In this document: one piece after another, positions 62,898-64,000 of the stretch
How positions within the stretch are numbered: position 1 is the stretch's first letter
Layout of the letters: the number at the start of each line of letters is the position of its first letter
DNA from: Lingula anatina
Taxonomy: Eukaryota; Animalia; Brachiopoda
Direction: 5' to 3'
Assembly (NCBI GenBank): GCA_051362555.1
Contig: CM120642.1
Location: 27,838,001-27,902,000 of the forward strand
DNA length: 64,000 nucleotides
Made by a program: the position numbers and the translations under genes
The notes under the pieces: generated by a model
Seen by the model: the letters and a program-made list of their open reading frames with translations, nothing else
What the model was told of the DNA's origin: nothing
The model's database searches: none

Positions 62898-63994
62898 AAG
62901 AAAAATCAGATCATCAAAAAAATCAAAGAGGAATCAGAAGTAAGCCTCAGAGAACTACTATTGCTAATTAAAATGGACCAGTCTGAAGATGAAATTTATA
63001 GATAACAGAAAAATAACTGAGGACAATGTTTGCTAAAATTTCCACCAGTCCAATCAGACTGAATAGTAACTCTTGTTCACATTACAATTAAGACATATCA
63101 AAACTTACTCATATATCTCCACATGGGGACCAATAACCGACAACTTTGCATTTACAATTGCCTTGTTCCTGGTATGTCTGAAAAGAAATGGGGCAAATTT
63201 ATCATTCTGATTATGATACAAATTAAACTAATGCACATCCAGCTTAATTTCTAGTAATCCTACACTGAAAATAAAGGTGTTAGTTTTTCAAGCTGGTCTA
63301 TATTAAGTCATGTGTGTAAGAAAAGATTCAAATAAGAAGTATCCTGGATAATGTTAGTCCGTCAGTCATCATCATAATAAAGGGTGTGTTTATGTCAGAT
63401 CATCTGTATTACACATCAAATAACATACTTGTTGTCACCTCTGCCTTTTCCATTCTCATAGCTTTCCTTACATTGTATTGTGTTGTATTGTATTGTATTG
63501 TATTGTATAATATATTAATATATATTATGTCTACTTACTGTCTTGTTGTCTCCTCGGCTTTCACCATTCTCATAGCTGCCTTTTCTACCTGCTTAGTTTT
63601 AAACTCCTTAGCCCAGATCATGGTGTCAGGATTAGGCTCTCGATTGTAAATGGCTTTCTTCCTAGATATATGCCCCCTATATGCTCTGTGATAGAGAAAA
63701 CTCAAATTACTATATCTGGACTATTCAGACAGTTTATGTAATATAGAAAACTCATAGTGTTACAGGTGGACTGCTGGTGTAATATTGAGAAAACCTCTAC
63801 ACACACAAGAGTTTAAAAAGACATTTTTGTACTAAAATTCTCATGGAAAATTTTACAGACAGACATTTATTTTGTAAAAGTCAAAATTTCACCTTTGTAT
63901 TTCTATGGCAGCTTTCCTTTCATCCTCCTTTCTTTCTCTCTCCTCTTTCATCAGGTACTTATAACTCTTCCTCACCACATAGCCTCGGAAAATT
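60187..63994 (-). CDS. IQCM: IQ domain-containing protein M-like, 3' exons (gene starts beyond the right edge)
   Basis: Spliced exons read RIFRGYVVRK...AAIEIQRAYRGHISRK...VIGPHVEIYDTF...AAITLQKMFRGWNVRR...FMESK..FESVFDK...EDIPQYFKESDLYP...LELTFQIYVPE...KSTWMNPIIDGEEAW...DLVINSIKERKER. The IGPHxEI, KSTWxxPIxxGEE and SIxERK motifs are recalled from IQCM. Confidence 0.8.
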
Positions 63995-64000
63995 CTACAG

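Overview
AT-rich, intron-rich animal genomic DNA, probably a marine invertebrate and plausibly a mollusc (inferred from gene content). About 1-36 kb (minus strand) is the 5' portion of the giant E3 ligase HERC2, from the start codon at 36010 through RLD1, cyt-b5, MIB/HERC2, UBA, CPH, ZZ, DOC and into RLD2; it continues off the left edge. A 3.4-kb HERC2 intron holds a complete antisense TRIM gene (RING-Bbox1-Bbox2-coiled coil). Its two small 3' exons add a MIB/HERC2 domain with an intron at the same position as in the host's own MIB/HERC2 domain. To the right are: a divergently oriented 11-finger C2H2 gene; a secreted Cys-rich precursor gene with one signal-peptide exon and two tandem-duplicated, diverged 16-Cys terminal exons; a 2xLamG-like/sushi/TM gene containing a Harbinger-type non-autonomous element; a decayed Tc1 element with perfect TIRs; a secreted YHYH-domain gene bracketed by two inverted copies of one MITE; and the 3' part of IQCM (minus strand). 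Exon structures were deduced by hand from splice signals and reading frame, with no database searches or expression data. Comparisons with human proteins are from memory.
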